A DNA stretch of 64,000 bases from Nitriliruptoraceae bacterium (GCA_047610595.1 JBLFZR010000001.1:25746-89745), one strand, 5' to 3'; positions 17,688 through 27,112 are shown, numbered from the stretch's first letter. Numbers and translations: made by a program. Notes: generated by a model not told the origin, from the sequence alone.

Positions 17688-18908
17688 TCACCAGAGCGTG
17701 CCCTGGTCCTCGTCCTCATCCTCGCGTGGAGAGTCGGCGTCCGCACCAAACGCGGCGAACAAGCCGTCCCCGTCCAACGAGTCGACCTCCCCGTCCCCGT
17801 CCTCGTCGTCGTCGTCGTCGTCATCATCGGCGTGATCGGCGTGATCGGCGATGTTGACGTCGTCGAGGTCTTCATCGTCTGCGTCCTCTTCGACGCCGGT
17901 CACACCGATCCTGTCGGCGATGAGCTGGCCTAGCGTGTCCGACACAGACGCACGTTCGACCCGATCCGTCGCGATCGCCGATTCCTCAGAATCCGGGTCA
18001 GCCGCACGCTCGACGGCCGGGGCGAACGCCGCCTGCACGTCGGGGGTCTCTCGCGGCGCAACCTGCTCGACGGCCGGGGCCTCGACCTGCGCGACGGGCT
18101 GATCCTCAACCGCCACCTCGTCCTGGTACGCATCCTCGTACTCGTCGACATCCTCATCGGTGACAGCCGAGGGCAGCGGCGCGTACTCGTCGTCGTCCGG
18201 CTCGAGGTCGGCGAGCAGATCAAGCGCAGCGCCCCACGCGATGCCCGTAGCCGGGTCTTCCTCGAACATCGGGGATGCGTCAACATCATCAAGCGGTGCA
18301 GTGATGCCATCCGTCGCAGCTGCGATCGTGGCGACACCGACGGCAGGCGCCAACACCTCGGGCGTCAGCTGGACATCACCGTTGACGATGGCCTTGCGGA
18401 CGGTCTCGAGGATGCCGTTGATGAACGGACGGGCCTTCTCTCCTGCAAACCCACCTGCAAGCGAGACTGCTTCGTCGATCACGACGATCGGCGGGGTGTC
18501 TTGCTCGGCCAGCTCGTACACGGCCAGTCGTAGCAGGTTGCGATCCACGGCTGGCATGCGCTTGACCGACCAGCGCTTGGCGACCTCGCCAAGCAGCGCA
18601 TCGATGGACGCGAGATGCACGGCGACGCCCTCGATGAGCGTGCGCGTGTAGTCGTCTAACGGCATCCGGCGGCGGCGCGTCAGCTCGACCTGCAAGGCCT
18701 CGTCGCCGGCGACCTGCTCGGCGTCGGGCTCCAGCTCGTCCAGCAGTGACAGCGCGCCACGTTGGCGTTCGATCTGGGCGAGCAAGACACGCGGGTCGAC
18801 GCCGCGGATGTCGGCCTGAAACAGCACCTTCAGCGCACGCTCGCGTGCGAGGTGCGGGTGGTGGGTGCCGGGGCGAGGAGCGTCCGTGCGCTCGGTTGCG
18901 TCAGTCAT
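17688..18908 (-). CDS. nusB: transcription antitermination factor NusB with ~230-aa acidic C-terminal extension
   Basis: NusB core ARERALKVLFQADIRG...AVDRNLLRLAVYEL...EAVSLAGGFAGEKARPFINGIL within the first ~175 aa. The same frame stays open through Asp/Glu-rich sequence. The start overlaps the efp stop (TGATG). Confidence 0.85.
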   Translation of the reverse strand: MTDATERTDAPRPGTHHPHLARERALKVLFQADIRGVDPRVLLAQIERQRGALSLLDELEPDAEQVAGDEALQVELTRRRRMPLDDYTRTLIEGVAVHLASIDALLGEVAKRWSVKRMPAVDRNLLRLAVYELAEQDTPPIVVIDEAVSLAGGFAGEKARPFINGILETVRKAIVNGDVQLTPEVLAPAVGVATIAAATDGITAPLDDVDASPMFEEDPATGIAWGAALDLLADLEPDDDEYAPLPSAVTDEDVDEYEDAYQDEVAVEDQPVAQVEAPAVEQVAPRETPDVQAAFAPAVERAADPDSEESAIATDRVERASVSDTLGQLIADRIGVTGVEEDADDEDLDDVNIADHADHADDDDDDDDEDGDGEVDSLDGDGLFAAFGADADSPREDEDEDQGTLW

Positions 18909-19465
18909 CACGCGCGCGACTGGTACTCGCCAGTGCGGGTGTCCACCTTGATCTTCTCGCCGATCGTGATGAACAAAGGCACGTCAACCTCAACGCCGGT
19001 CTCAAGCGTCGCAGGCTTCAGCGTGTTGGTCGCGGTGTTGCCGGCAAGGCCCGGCTCGGTGTATGTCACCTCGAGTGACACGGTGGTCGCGATCTCGGTG
19101 CCGATGATGCGCCCGTCAAACTCGGTGACGTCGATGTTCTCGCCCTCACGGATCCACTTGATGGAGTCACCCATGACCGCAGCGGTCAGGTTGCGCTGCT
19201 CGAAGGTCTCGGTGTTCATCACGGCGAACTCGTCGCCGTCTTGATAGAGGTACTGCAGCGTCTTGCGCTCGAGGTACGCCTGCTCGACGTTCTCGGCGGA
19301 CCGGAAGGTGCGCTCGACGACCTTGCCGGACTCGACCTCCTTGAGCTTGGTGCGCACGACGGCCTGCCCCTTGCCAGGCTTGTGGTGCTGGTTCTCCACG
19401 ACGTTCCAGAGCTTGCCTTCAAGCAGCAGCGTCATGCCGTTCTTGAGGTTGTTCGTTGAGACCAT
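18908..19465 (-). CDS. efp: elongation factor P
   Basis: MVSTNNLKNGMTLLLEGKLWNVV...HHKPGKGQAVVRTKLK, 185 aa. Confidence 0.95.
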   Translation of the reverse strand: MVSTNNLKNGMTLLLEGKLWNVVENQHHKPGKGQAVVRTKLKEVESGKVVERTFRSAENVEQAYLERKTLQYLYQDGDEFAVMNTETFEQRNLTAAVMGDSIKWIREGENIDVTEFDGRIIGTEIATTVSLEVTYTEPGLAGNTATNTLKPATLETGVEVDVPLFITIGEKIKVDTRTGEYQSRA

Positions 19466-19536
19466 GGCGGGCCCTCTCGGGTGGATGGGCGCGAGGCCCG
19501 ATGGTGAGTTGGTGATGATGTCGGACGTGTTGCGCG

Positions 19537-20715
19537 TCAGACAACCTGCAAAGATCGTGGTGCGTGCGTGAGGCATCGTGCCGGACCGACGTCGCGAACG
19601 ACGAGCGTGTCTTCGATGCGGACGCCGCCCTTCCCAGGAAGGTAGACACCGGGTTCAACGGTCAGGGCCGTGCGCGGACGAAGGGTAGCAGTGGAGGTGG
19701 CGGCGACCGCCGGTGCCTCGTGAATGTCCAACCCGACCCCGTGCCCGGTGCCGTGCAGGAACGCCTCCCCCAACCCTTGCGATGCCAGATAGTCGCGGCA
19801 TGCAGCGTCCACGTGACGTGCCTCGATGCCGTGCCGCACAACGTCGACGCCGCGCTGCTGTGCGACTGCGACCGCCTCGAACACGCGGGCCATCTCTGGC
19901 GTCGGCACACGCCCGGCAGCGACGGTTCGGGTCGTATCGGCGTGGTAGCCGTCCACACGGGCACCGCAGTCGATGGTGACCAGCTCACCGGCACCGATCG
20001 CCCGATCGGTCGGGGCGTGATGCGGCACCGCGCCGTTCGGCCCAGCGGCAACGATCGACTCAAACCCGACCTGTGCCCCACGCACCCGGAAGGCGTCCTC
20101 CAGAGCGGCCGCGACCGATCGTTCCGTGCGCCCCACCAGCCCGACCGCCAGCACGGCGTCCAGCGCGGCATCTGTGATCGCGCACGCCCTGGCCAATCGC
20201 GCAAGCTCGGCCGGGTCTTTGCACTGCCGTTCACGCTCCACGATCCCGGTGGCCGCGACGGCGCCGCGCAACCCCTCGTCAAGCGCGTTCGCGTGCAGCT
20301 GGACGCCTTGACGATGGGTGACGTGGTCGGCCTCGAACACCAGGCTCGCGACCCCTGCGGCCGCCGCGCGCGCGGACGCCACCTCGATGAAGCTGCGTGT
20401 CACCGCAACCTCTAGGCCAGGACATTCCGTCGCGGCGCGGCCGAGGTACCGATGATCAGTCAGCAGCACGCTGCCGGTCGGTAGCACCAGCAGCCATCCG
20501 TTAGATCCCGTGAAACCCGAGGCCCACCGCACGTTCGCTGGAGCGCTCACGACCAGCGCGACTGCACCGTGACGGTCGTGGACAAGCTCGCCGAGGCTGC
20601 CTTCAAGACGACGGCGCCGTGCGGCGGTGGCCAAAGCAGGCAAGGGATCCGGGTGCTCTGGATCGAGCCACGCCTCCCACGGCAACGTGCTCGCCATGCT
20701 GCTCGCGTTACGCAC
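19537..20715 (-). CDS. pepQ: M24 family Xaa-Pro aminopeptidase/dipeptidase
   Basis: Metal-ligand motifs DCGARVDGYHADTTRT and HGTGHGVGLDIHEAP. GTG 20715 has AGGAG 5 nt upstream. Confidence 0.85.
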   Translation of the reverse strand: MRNASSMASTLPWEAWLDPEHPDPLPALATAARRRRLEGSLGELVHDRHGAVALVVSAPANVRWASGFTGSNGWLLVLPTGSVLLTDHRYLGRAATECPGLEVAVTRSFIEVASARAAAAGVASLVFEADHVTHRQGVQLHANALDEGLRGAVAATGIVERERQCKDPAELARLARACAITDAALDAVLAVGLVGRTERSVAAALEDAFRVRGAQVGFESIVAAGPNGAVPHHAPTDRAIGAGELVTIDCGARVDGYHADTTRTVAAGRVPTPEMARVFEAVAVAQQRGVDVVRHGIEARHVDAACRDYLASQGLGEAFLHGTGHGVGLDIHEAPAVAATSTATLRPRTALTVEPGVYLPGKGGVRIEDTLVVRDVGPARCLTHAPRSLQVV

Positions 20716-20723
20716 GCTGACTC

Positions 20724-21815
20724 CTACTCCGAAGACGGTCCGGTCAGCTCGTCCAGCACAGCATCCACCACGCTGCGGTCCGGCGTCGAGAGGGTGGGCG
20801 CACCCATCCCTTCCAGCAGCACGAAGCGCACACCGCGATCTGCTTTCTTGTCACGTGCGAGCACCTGCCACAGCTCGGAGCGGTCCAGCACCGGCAGCCG
20901 CGTCGGCAGCCCAAGCTGCGCGACGGCAGCCTCGATCCGGGCAGCCAGCTCGGGTGAGGTCTGTCCCGTGGCTAGCCCGATCCGGGCAGCCGCCACCATG
21001 CCCACAGCGACGGCTTCCCCGTGCAACCAGCTGCCGTAGCCCTCCATCGTCTCGACCGCGTGACCGATCGTGTGACCGAAGTTGAGGTAGGCCCGCTCCC
21101 CGTGCTCCCGCTCGTCGCTGGCGACGACCGCAGCCTTCACAGCGATAGACCGTTTAATGAGCTCGACAGTGACATCATCCGCCGGCCCATGCATGGCGGG
21201 CGTGCCCGCCTCAAGCAGCTCTACAACCCGTGAATCACGAAGGAATCCAGCCTTTAGAACCTCTGCGAATCCCTCACGGCGTGCACGTTCACTGAGCGTG
21301 CCCAGCGTGTCAACATCTGCGATGACGGCCAGCGGCTGGTGGAACGCACCAACCAGGTTCTTGCCCTCGGGGAGGTTGATCCCGGTCTTGCCGCCGACCG
21401 CCGCATCAACCTGCGCGAGCACGGTCGTCGCCACGTGTACGACTGAGACGCCTCGGTTCCACGTTGCGGCGAGGAAGCCTGCAAGGTCACACACCACACC
21501 TCCGCCCAACGACACGATGACGTCACGACGGGTAAGCGGGATCTCGGCCGCCTTGCGCCACAGATGGGCGAGGATCTCCGGTGACTTCGCACCCTCGCCG
21601 TCCGGCACCTCCACGACCTCGACGCGGTGATCATGTGCTCGCAGCCCATCCGTGAGCGACTGCAGGTGGTGGCGTGCCACCGGAGGCTGCGTCACGATGA
21701 GCACACGCGTGTGCAGACCGAGGTTGACGATCTCTGCGACTTTCCCAACGATCCCACGGCCGACATGGACCTCGTACGGCTGTCGCGGTAGGTCGACGTT
21801 GATGATTGACGTCAC
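20724..21815 (-). CDS. aroB: 3-dehydroquinate synthase
   Basis: GGGVVCDLAGFLAATWNRGV, KTGINLPEGKNLVGAF, LNFGHTIGHAVE. GTGA overlap with aroK. Confidence 0.93.
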   Translation of the reverse strand: MTSIINVDLPRQPYEVHVGRGIVGKVAEIVNLGLHTRVLIVTQPPVARHHLQSLTDGLRAHDHRVEVVEVPDGEGAKSPEILAHLWRKAAEIPLTRRDVIVSLGGGVVCDLAGFLAATWNRGVSVVHVATTVLAQVDAAVGGKTGINLPEGKNLVGAFHQPLAVIADVDTLGTLSERARREGFAEVLKAGFLRDSRVVELLEAGTPAMHGPADDVTVELIKRSIAVKAAVVASDEREHGERAYLNFGHTIGHAVETMEGYGSWLHGEAVAVGMVAAARIGLATGQTSPELAARIEAAVAQLGLPTRLPVLDRSELWQVLARDKKADRGVRFVLLEGMGAPTLSTPDRSVVDAVLDELTGPSSE

Positions 21816-22369
21816 ATCGTCACCTCATGCTCGGATGGTGTGAGGACGTCGCCAGCACGGCGGGCCCATGCCAGCACCTCCTCGGTCACGTCCGCAGCAA
21901 CGCCGCTCGCATCGAGCACGAGCTCGGCGACCTCGCGATACCGGTGGTCGCGTTCAAGGTGCAGCCGCGCAAGAGCAGCGCGAGGGTCACCAGCCAGCAG
22001 CGGCCGTTGCGCGACCTGTGCGGGGTCGGCCACGATCCGGTCAACAAGCACCGAAACCGGCACGTCAAGGTGGACCAACACCCCGGTAAGCAGCAGCTCC
22101 GCCACGTTGTCGTCCGCCAGCACGGCGCCACCACCAAGGCTCACAACAATGTCGTTATGCCGCAGCAGGCGCCGAATGATCTGGTGCTCGACCTCACGGA
22201 AGTACTCGATTCCGGCCTCGTCGACGATCTGCGTGACCGGTCGGTCTAGCACCTTCTCTATCTCGGCGTCGACGTCTGCGAACGAGCGTCCAAGACGGGC
22301 TGCGAGCAGGCGGCCGACGGTTGACTTGCCAGATCCGGGCATGCCGGTGAGCGCGATTGTTCTGCTCAT
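21812..22369 (-). CDS. aroK: shikimate kinase
   Basis: P-loop GMPGSGKSTVGRLLA. ATGA overlap with aroC. Confidence 0.9.
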   Translation of the reverse strand: MSRTIALTGMPGSGKSTVGRLLAARLGRSFADVDAEIEKVLDRPVTQIVDEAGIEYFREVEHQIIRRLLRHNDIVVSLGGGAVLADDNVAELLLTGVLVHLDVPVSVLVDRIVADPAQVAQRPLLAGDPRAALARLHLERDHRYREVAELVLDASGVAADVTEEVLAWARRAGDVLTPSEHEVTM

Positions 22370-23556
22370 CGGAGGGCGATCGCCTCACGGTAAGCCGCAA
22401 GGTTGCGGGCCACCTCGTTAACCGTGTCTCCACCGAACTTCTCGAGCAACGCGTCAGCGAGCTCGTACGCCACGACATGTTCCAGCACCACGCCCGCTCG
22501 CGGGACCGCACACCGGTCCGAGCGCTGTGTGATCGCGACGGCCGGCTCGTGCGTATCGATGTGAGCTGTCTTCATCGGCCGGTCCAACGACGACAGCGGC
22601 TTCATCACCACGCGCATCATCAGCGGCTGGCCGGTGGTCATGCCCGCTTCGAGCCCGCCCGCGCGGTCCGTGCTGCGGACGTAGCCGTCGCGGTCGTTCC
22701 ACGAGATCTCATCGTGGGCCTCGCTGCCGGGAACGTCGCCGAGCCGGAACCCGAGACCGAACTCAACGCCCTTCATCGCTTGCACGCTCATCGCAGCTGC
22801 GGCGAGCCGCGCATCGAGCTTGCGGTCCGCGTGCACGTGACTTCCCAGCCCCGGAGGAAGCCCGTACGCCAGCACCTCGATCACGCCTCCGAGCGTGTCA
22901 TTGTCGTCCTTCGCGCGATCGATACGCGCCTGCATCCGCGCCGAGCTGTCAGCGTCGAAGCATCGGCACGGGTCATCGTCGACCGCTTGCAGATCGTCGG
23001 GCCCCGGACGCACGGCGTCCTCGGGCGTCGCTTCTCCCCCGATGCGCACGACGTGGCTCACAACTGTGATGCCAACCGCATACAGCAGCTGCCGCGCGAG
23101 AGCACCAACAACGACGCGCGAGGCCGTCTCGCGGGCTGAGGCGCGCTCGAGCGCGTCTCGCACATCCTCGTACTCGTACTTGAGGGCACCCACGAGGTCT
23201 GCGTGGCCCGGCCGCGGGCGCGTAAGCATCTCGCCGCGACCGGTAGCCCGAATCGCATCAAGGTCGTCGCGCGGCTCTGGGTCCATCGCGTCAACCCACT
23301 TGGGCCACTCGGTGTTGCTGATGACCACACTGATCGGGGAACCCATGCTGCGCCCGTGTCGGACACCGGCCAACACCTCAAGCTCATCGAGCTCAAAGCT
23401 CATCCGAGGGCTCCGGCCGTATCCAAGGCGCCGTCGCGCGAGCTCTCCGGCCAGCAGCGCTCGGTTGACGTCGAGACCTGCGGGCAAGCCCTCGACAGTC
23501 GCAACGAGCGCCTTACCGTGAGACTCACCGGCGGTGAGGAATCGAAGACGAGGCAC
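22366..23556 (-). CDS. aroC: chorismate synthase
   Basis: RFLTAGESHGKAL, GRSPRMSFE, ERASARETASRV. GTG start with GGAG upstream. Confidence 0.95.
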   Translation of the reverse strand: MPRLRFLTAGESHGKALVATVEGLPAGLDVNRALLAGELARRRLGYGRSPRMSFELDELEVLAGVRHGRSMGSPISVVISNTEWPKWVDAMDPEPRDDLDAIRATGRGEMLTRPRPGHADLVGALKYEYEDVRDALERASARETASRVVVGALARQLLYAVGITVVSHVVRIGGEATPEDAVRPGPDDLQAVDDDPCRCFDADSSARMQARIDRAKDDNDTLGGVIEVLAYGLPPGLGSHVHADRKLDARLAAAAMSVQAMKGVEFGLGFRLGDVPGSEAHDEISWNDRDGYVRSTDRAGGLEAGMTTGQPLMMRVVMKPLSSLDRPMKTAHIDTHEPAVAITQRSDRCAVPRAGVVLEHVVAYELADALLEKFGGDTVNEVARNLAAYREAIALR

Positions 23557-23722
23557 GCGAGCTCCGGGGAGGGACGGAGTCGCGAGGCTATCGCTGTCAC
23601 CTCGGTGCCCTCTGCGAGCCGCGAGAGGCAGGTCAACGCCAGCTGTAACCCAGCATCACCACTGGTGACCTCTTCACGTGCGCGTCATCACGACAGATCG
23701 GCCGCTGGTGCGCAGCTGCGCC

Positions 23723-25072
23723 TCAGCGGACCTCGTCCCACTGCACCACGATCGGCTCACCGTTCTCGCCCAGGTCTGGGATCGCACCACCGTCATAGTT
23801 GATGATGCCGGTACCACTAAACGTCGTACCGAAACCCAGCGAGTCACGCGCGACGAACGAGATGTTGTCGGTTATCGGGTTTCCGATGAACGTCATGCTG
23901 CCGTTCGCGAACACCAGCGCCGGACGTTGCAGCTCCGTGGCGAGCAGGTTCGCCTGCAGTGTGATGTCGCCACCAGCGAGCAGAAACAGCCCGGGATACA
24001 AGCCGTCTAGGCTTGGCTGGCTGGCGCTCGGTCCGATTGTGATATCGCCGTCTGTGACGATGGTGATCGAGCCGTTCGGCCTCGAGATATCCACATCTAC
24101 CTCATCACGAAAGAAGTACACACCTCTCGCTGTCGAGGTGCCAGCGAACGACGTGCCAACCCACGACGCAGGCGGGCTGCTCATCGCGACACCAGAACAC
24201 GGGGACAGGTCCGATGCCGCGCGTTGAAACCACAAGCCGGCGCAGTGGTCGAACCAAAGCCCCTGTGCTGCCAGCTCGAGCGCGTCGTCGGTGCCCCACA
24301 CGTTTCCTGGGTCTACCTCCGGGATAGGCACCGCAGCGATCGGCCCCGTGATCTTGGCCACCGCTGTGCCAAGGCATAGAAGGGAGGCGCAGGTGCCGCT
24401 GTAGCTGATGCCTTCTTCTGCCACGCCAGACACCCCGTTCACCTTCAGACCACCGTTGCTGTGCACGGAGCCGCGGTCGCCCGTGATGAGGAAGCCTCCG
24501 TTCATGGTCAGATTTCCCCCCGAGAGCAGCGCCGACTCACCAGTGAATCGCCGCGACGAGAACGCAACCTGTACACGCACGACCCGCGCGTATGCCGATC
24601 CGGTGCCGTTGACATAAGCCGTGCGACTCGGCGTGAAACCGACGCCGTAGATGAAGTTCGCATCGACACCCGAGGGACGGATCGCGACGGCCTCGCCCTC
24701 GACGAACGCGATCAGCGGCTCAAGGGGGTCCAGCAGGTACGCGCCAGACGCTTCTTGGGCCGTTGCGACCGCAAGCGCCCACGCCGCGGGCCCTTGCCCC
24801 GTCGCAGTCGGACCATCAATCCCGCTGGTGTCGTCAGGGTTGTTCGCGAGCCGCTGGAGGAACACCTCCGCCCCGGCCTCAGCCACATGGACCGTGTCTT
24901 CGAAGTCAAGCTCGAACGCAGCCTGATCCTGTTCGGACTTTGCCGTTGCGAACACGATGCCCACGATGCCCGACACGACCAGCACAACCAGCAGCGCGTA
25001 CACCATCGCAAAACCGTCATCGCGGCCGTGACTCGGCACCATCGGTCGCTCCCGTTCGTTTGATGTGGTCAC
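23723..25072 (-). CDS. PilX-like pilus protein with large C-terminal repeat (beta-helix-like) domain
   Basis: N-terminus ...GRDDG|FAMVYALLVVLVVSGIVGIVFA resembles a PilX_N/prepilin-like anchor. GTGA overlap with the upstream pseudopilin gene. Alternative ATG at 25042 has GGGAG 6 nt upstream. Confidence 0.6.
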   Translation of the reverse strand: MTTSNERERPMVPSHGRDDGFAMVYALLVVLVVSGIVGIVFATAKSEQDQAAFELDFEDTVHVAEAGAEVFLQRLANNPDDTSGIDGPTATGQGPAAWALAVATAQEASGAYLLDPLEPLIAFVEGEAVAIRPSGVDANFIYGVGFTPSRTAYVNGTGSAYARVVRVQVAFSSRRFTGESALLSGGNLTMNGGFLITGDRGSVHSNGGLKVNGVSGVAEEGISYSGTCASLLCLGTAVAKITGPIAAVPIPEVDPGNVWGTDDALELAAQGLWFDHCAGLWFQRAASDLSPCSGVAMSSPPASWVGTSFAGTSTARGVYFFRDEVDVDISRPNGSITIVTDGDITIGPSASQPSLDGLYPGLFLLAGGDITLQANLLATELQRPALVFANGSMTFIGNPITDNISFVARDSLGFGTTFSGTGIINYDGGAIPDLGENGEPIVVQWDEVR

Positions 25073-26571
25073 GGTGTGTCGGGCCCAACCGTCACAACCG
25101 TCACGCTGTTCTGAGACTCGTCGTACTGATACCCGCCCGATGGATCGTTGACCTGTGTCACCGTGAATGTCAGGGTTTTGTTATGGCCGATCCCTGGCAC
25201 GACGACCTGACACGCACCGGACGCATCCGTGGAGCAGCTGACGTTCGTGCTGCTGGATGTGTAAGCCGTCGCAGAGATGATCACGCCGGCGCCAGGAGTA
25301 CCCACGGTGGTGAGACCGAGCTCGATCGTGACATGCGCCTCCCATTTGTTGCTCGCGCCAACGGCACCGCCCGCGGCATCCATCTGAGCAACAAACATCG
25401 TGGTCGAGCTCGCGGTGATGGCAGCGCTGTGACTGTCACTCAGCGGTGACAGCAGGTCGTCGTCCGTGACGGTCAACGTCACCACGTAGTCCCCGTTCTG
25501 TGGGAACGTGTGGGTGATGCCCGCATCGTTCTCGGTAACAGGGCTCGTGCCGTCACCGAACTCCCACTCGTAGCTTTCGATGCCACTGTCGTCGTTGCTG
25601 GCACTCCCATCAAAGGTGCAGATCACTGCCACGCAGCTGACCGTGAAGGCCGCTGTAGGACGGGCGTTACCAGACGTCAGCCCTGGACGTACGACCACGG
25701 TGACGCTGGCGCTCTGTCCGGTGGCGTCGGTCACGGTCAAAGTGACCTCATAGTCCGTGTCCCCGGAGCTGAACGTGTGGCTTGCGGTTGGAATCAACCC
25801 TGTGTCTACGTCTTCAAGCTCAAAGTCCCACACGTAGCTGGTGATCTCGTCACCGTCTACGTCGAAGCTCCCGCTCGCGTCGAACGAGCATCCCACGGTT
25901 CCAACCGGGCACTCAAACGAAACGAGCGGCGTCGGTGGCGCCCCCTCAACGGCGCTTAGCCCAGCGTTTCGTATCTGGATCGTCGTGCTGGTCGCCAGGT
26001 TCGGCTCTCCAGCCTGCGGGTTTTCGACCTCAAACGTCACACGCACGCTTCGCGTCCTCGACGGACCACCCGCAACGATTCCGCCGTTGCGACAGGACAG
26101 GCTAAACGGCTGCGCTGCAGGCTGGGCGCCCGGATACACGAACACTGCGGCGTCGATGATGTCATCGCCGATGAGCTGGATCTCGTCACTCCCCGCGATA
26201 GGAGTGCGACGCTGGAACACCGCCTCGCCCGCCTCGTCCGTCACAAGCTCGAAGATGTCCAGCTCGGAGTCCACCACGAGTCCGTCGCCGTTGTCGTCGG
26301 TCCACAGATCAAGGCTTGTCGCGGTCGAGCTAGCACAGACCTCGTCCGCGCCGCGAACAAAGTCCCGGATGCGCTGCGTGGCGATACGTGTGCTGTCGAG
26401 GGTGGACGCGACGTTTGTGGCGTCCAGCTGCGCACGAAAACCCCCAACGATGCCCGTGGTGGCGATCGTTGCCACGACAGCAAGCAGGGTCATCCCAACC
26501 AGCAGCTCCGCAAGGGTGGTGCCGTCCTCGCTGCGTGCACGGTGCCGGATGGTGTGGCGCTGCTTACCCAC
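25069..26571 (-). CDS. prepilin-type (class III signal peptide) protein with two PKD domains
   Basis: Leader VGKQRHTIRHRARSEDG|TTLAELLVGMTLLAVV, with Glu at +5. PKD repeats contain SYVWDFE...YEVTLTVTD and SYEWEFGDG...YVVTLTVTD. GTG 26571 has GGAGG 6 nt upstream. Confidence 0.7.
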   Translation of the reverse strand: MGKQRHTIRHRARSEDGTTLAELLVGMTLLAVVATIATTGIVGGFRAQLDATNVASTLDSTRIATQRIRDFVRGADEVCASSTATSLDLWTDDNGDGLVVDSELDIFELVTDEAGEAVFQRRTPIAGSDEIQLIGDDIIDAAVFVYPGAQPAAQPFSLSCRNGGIVAGGPSRTRSVRVTFEVENPQAGEPNLATSTTIQIRNAGLSAVEGAPPTPLVSFECPVGTVGCSFDASGSFDVDGDEITSYVWDFELEDVDTGLIPTASHTFSSGDTDYEVTLTVTDATGQSASVTVVVRPGLTSGNARPTAAFTVSCVAVICTFDGSASNDDSGIESYEWEFGDGTSPVTENDAGITHTFPQNGDYVVTLTVTDDDLLSPLSDSHSAAITASSTTMFVAQMDAAGGAVGASNKWEAHVTIELGLTTVGTPGAGVIISATAYTSSSTNVSCSTDASGACQVVVPGIGHNKTLTFTVTQVNDPSGGYQYDESQNSVTVVTVGPDTP

Positions 26572-27112
26572 GGGATACCTCCGAGAACAAGGTGCTTCTG
26601 CGGACCTCTTTTGAACCTCGTGGGAGGTCATAGCTCACCACGACAGTCACACGCCTCGTGCCGTCCGGTATCGCACTGTCCACGACCTTGGTCGCGATCG
26701 TGACGACCCGAATCTCTGCGATCGACGACGCCACCGAGCCCTGATACGGGGCCGCTGCATTGATCGCTCCAAGCTCGTTCTCAGCCAGCGGCTCGCAGCC
26801 GATCGGGCCACCGCCGTCGGGGTCAAACGCCCCCAGCGTGCCGCCGCAGCTGACGGTCGTCGAGTCAAACTCGTCTGGCAACATCAACAACGGGACGACG
26901 TACATCGCGATCTCGGCAGGCGCGCGTGCCCGCAGCCCTTCGATCACCTCCGTGGCCACCTGCGAGGCAGCCTGACGGGCACGTGACTCGCTCAAGGACT
27001 GGAGCCCGCCGATGATGGCAGCGAAGAAGGCCGTCATCGCGATACCGATCAGCATGAAGGTGACCAACGTTTCAACGAGTGAAACGCCTGATTCCCCTCG
27101 CAACGTGTCCAT
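26564..27112 (-). CDS. prepilin-type minor pilin/pseudopilin
   Basis: MDTLRGESG|VSLVETLVTFMLIGIAMTAFFA, with G at -1 and E at +5. GGAGG lies 7 nt upstream of the ATG. Confidence 0.7.
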   Translation of the reverse strand: MDTLRGESGVSLVETLVTFMLIGIAMTAFFAAIIGGLQSLSESRARQAASQVATEVIEGLRARAPAEIAMYVVPLLMLPDEFDSTTVSCGGTLGAFDPDGGGPIGCEPLAENELGAINAAAPYQGSVASSIAEIRVVTIATKVVDSAIPDGTRRVTVVVSYDLPRGSKEVRRSTLFSEVSRG

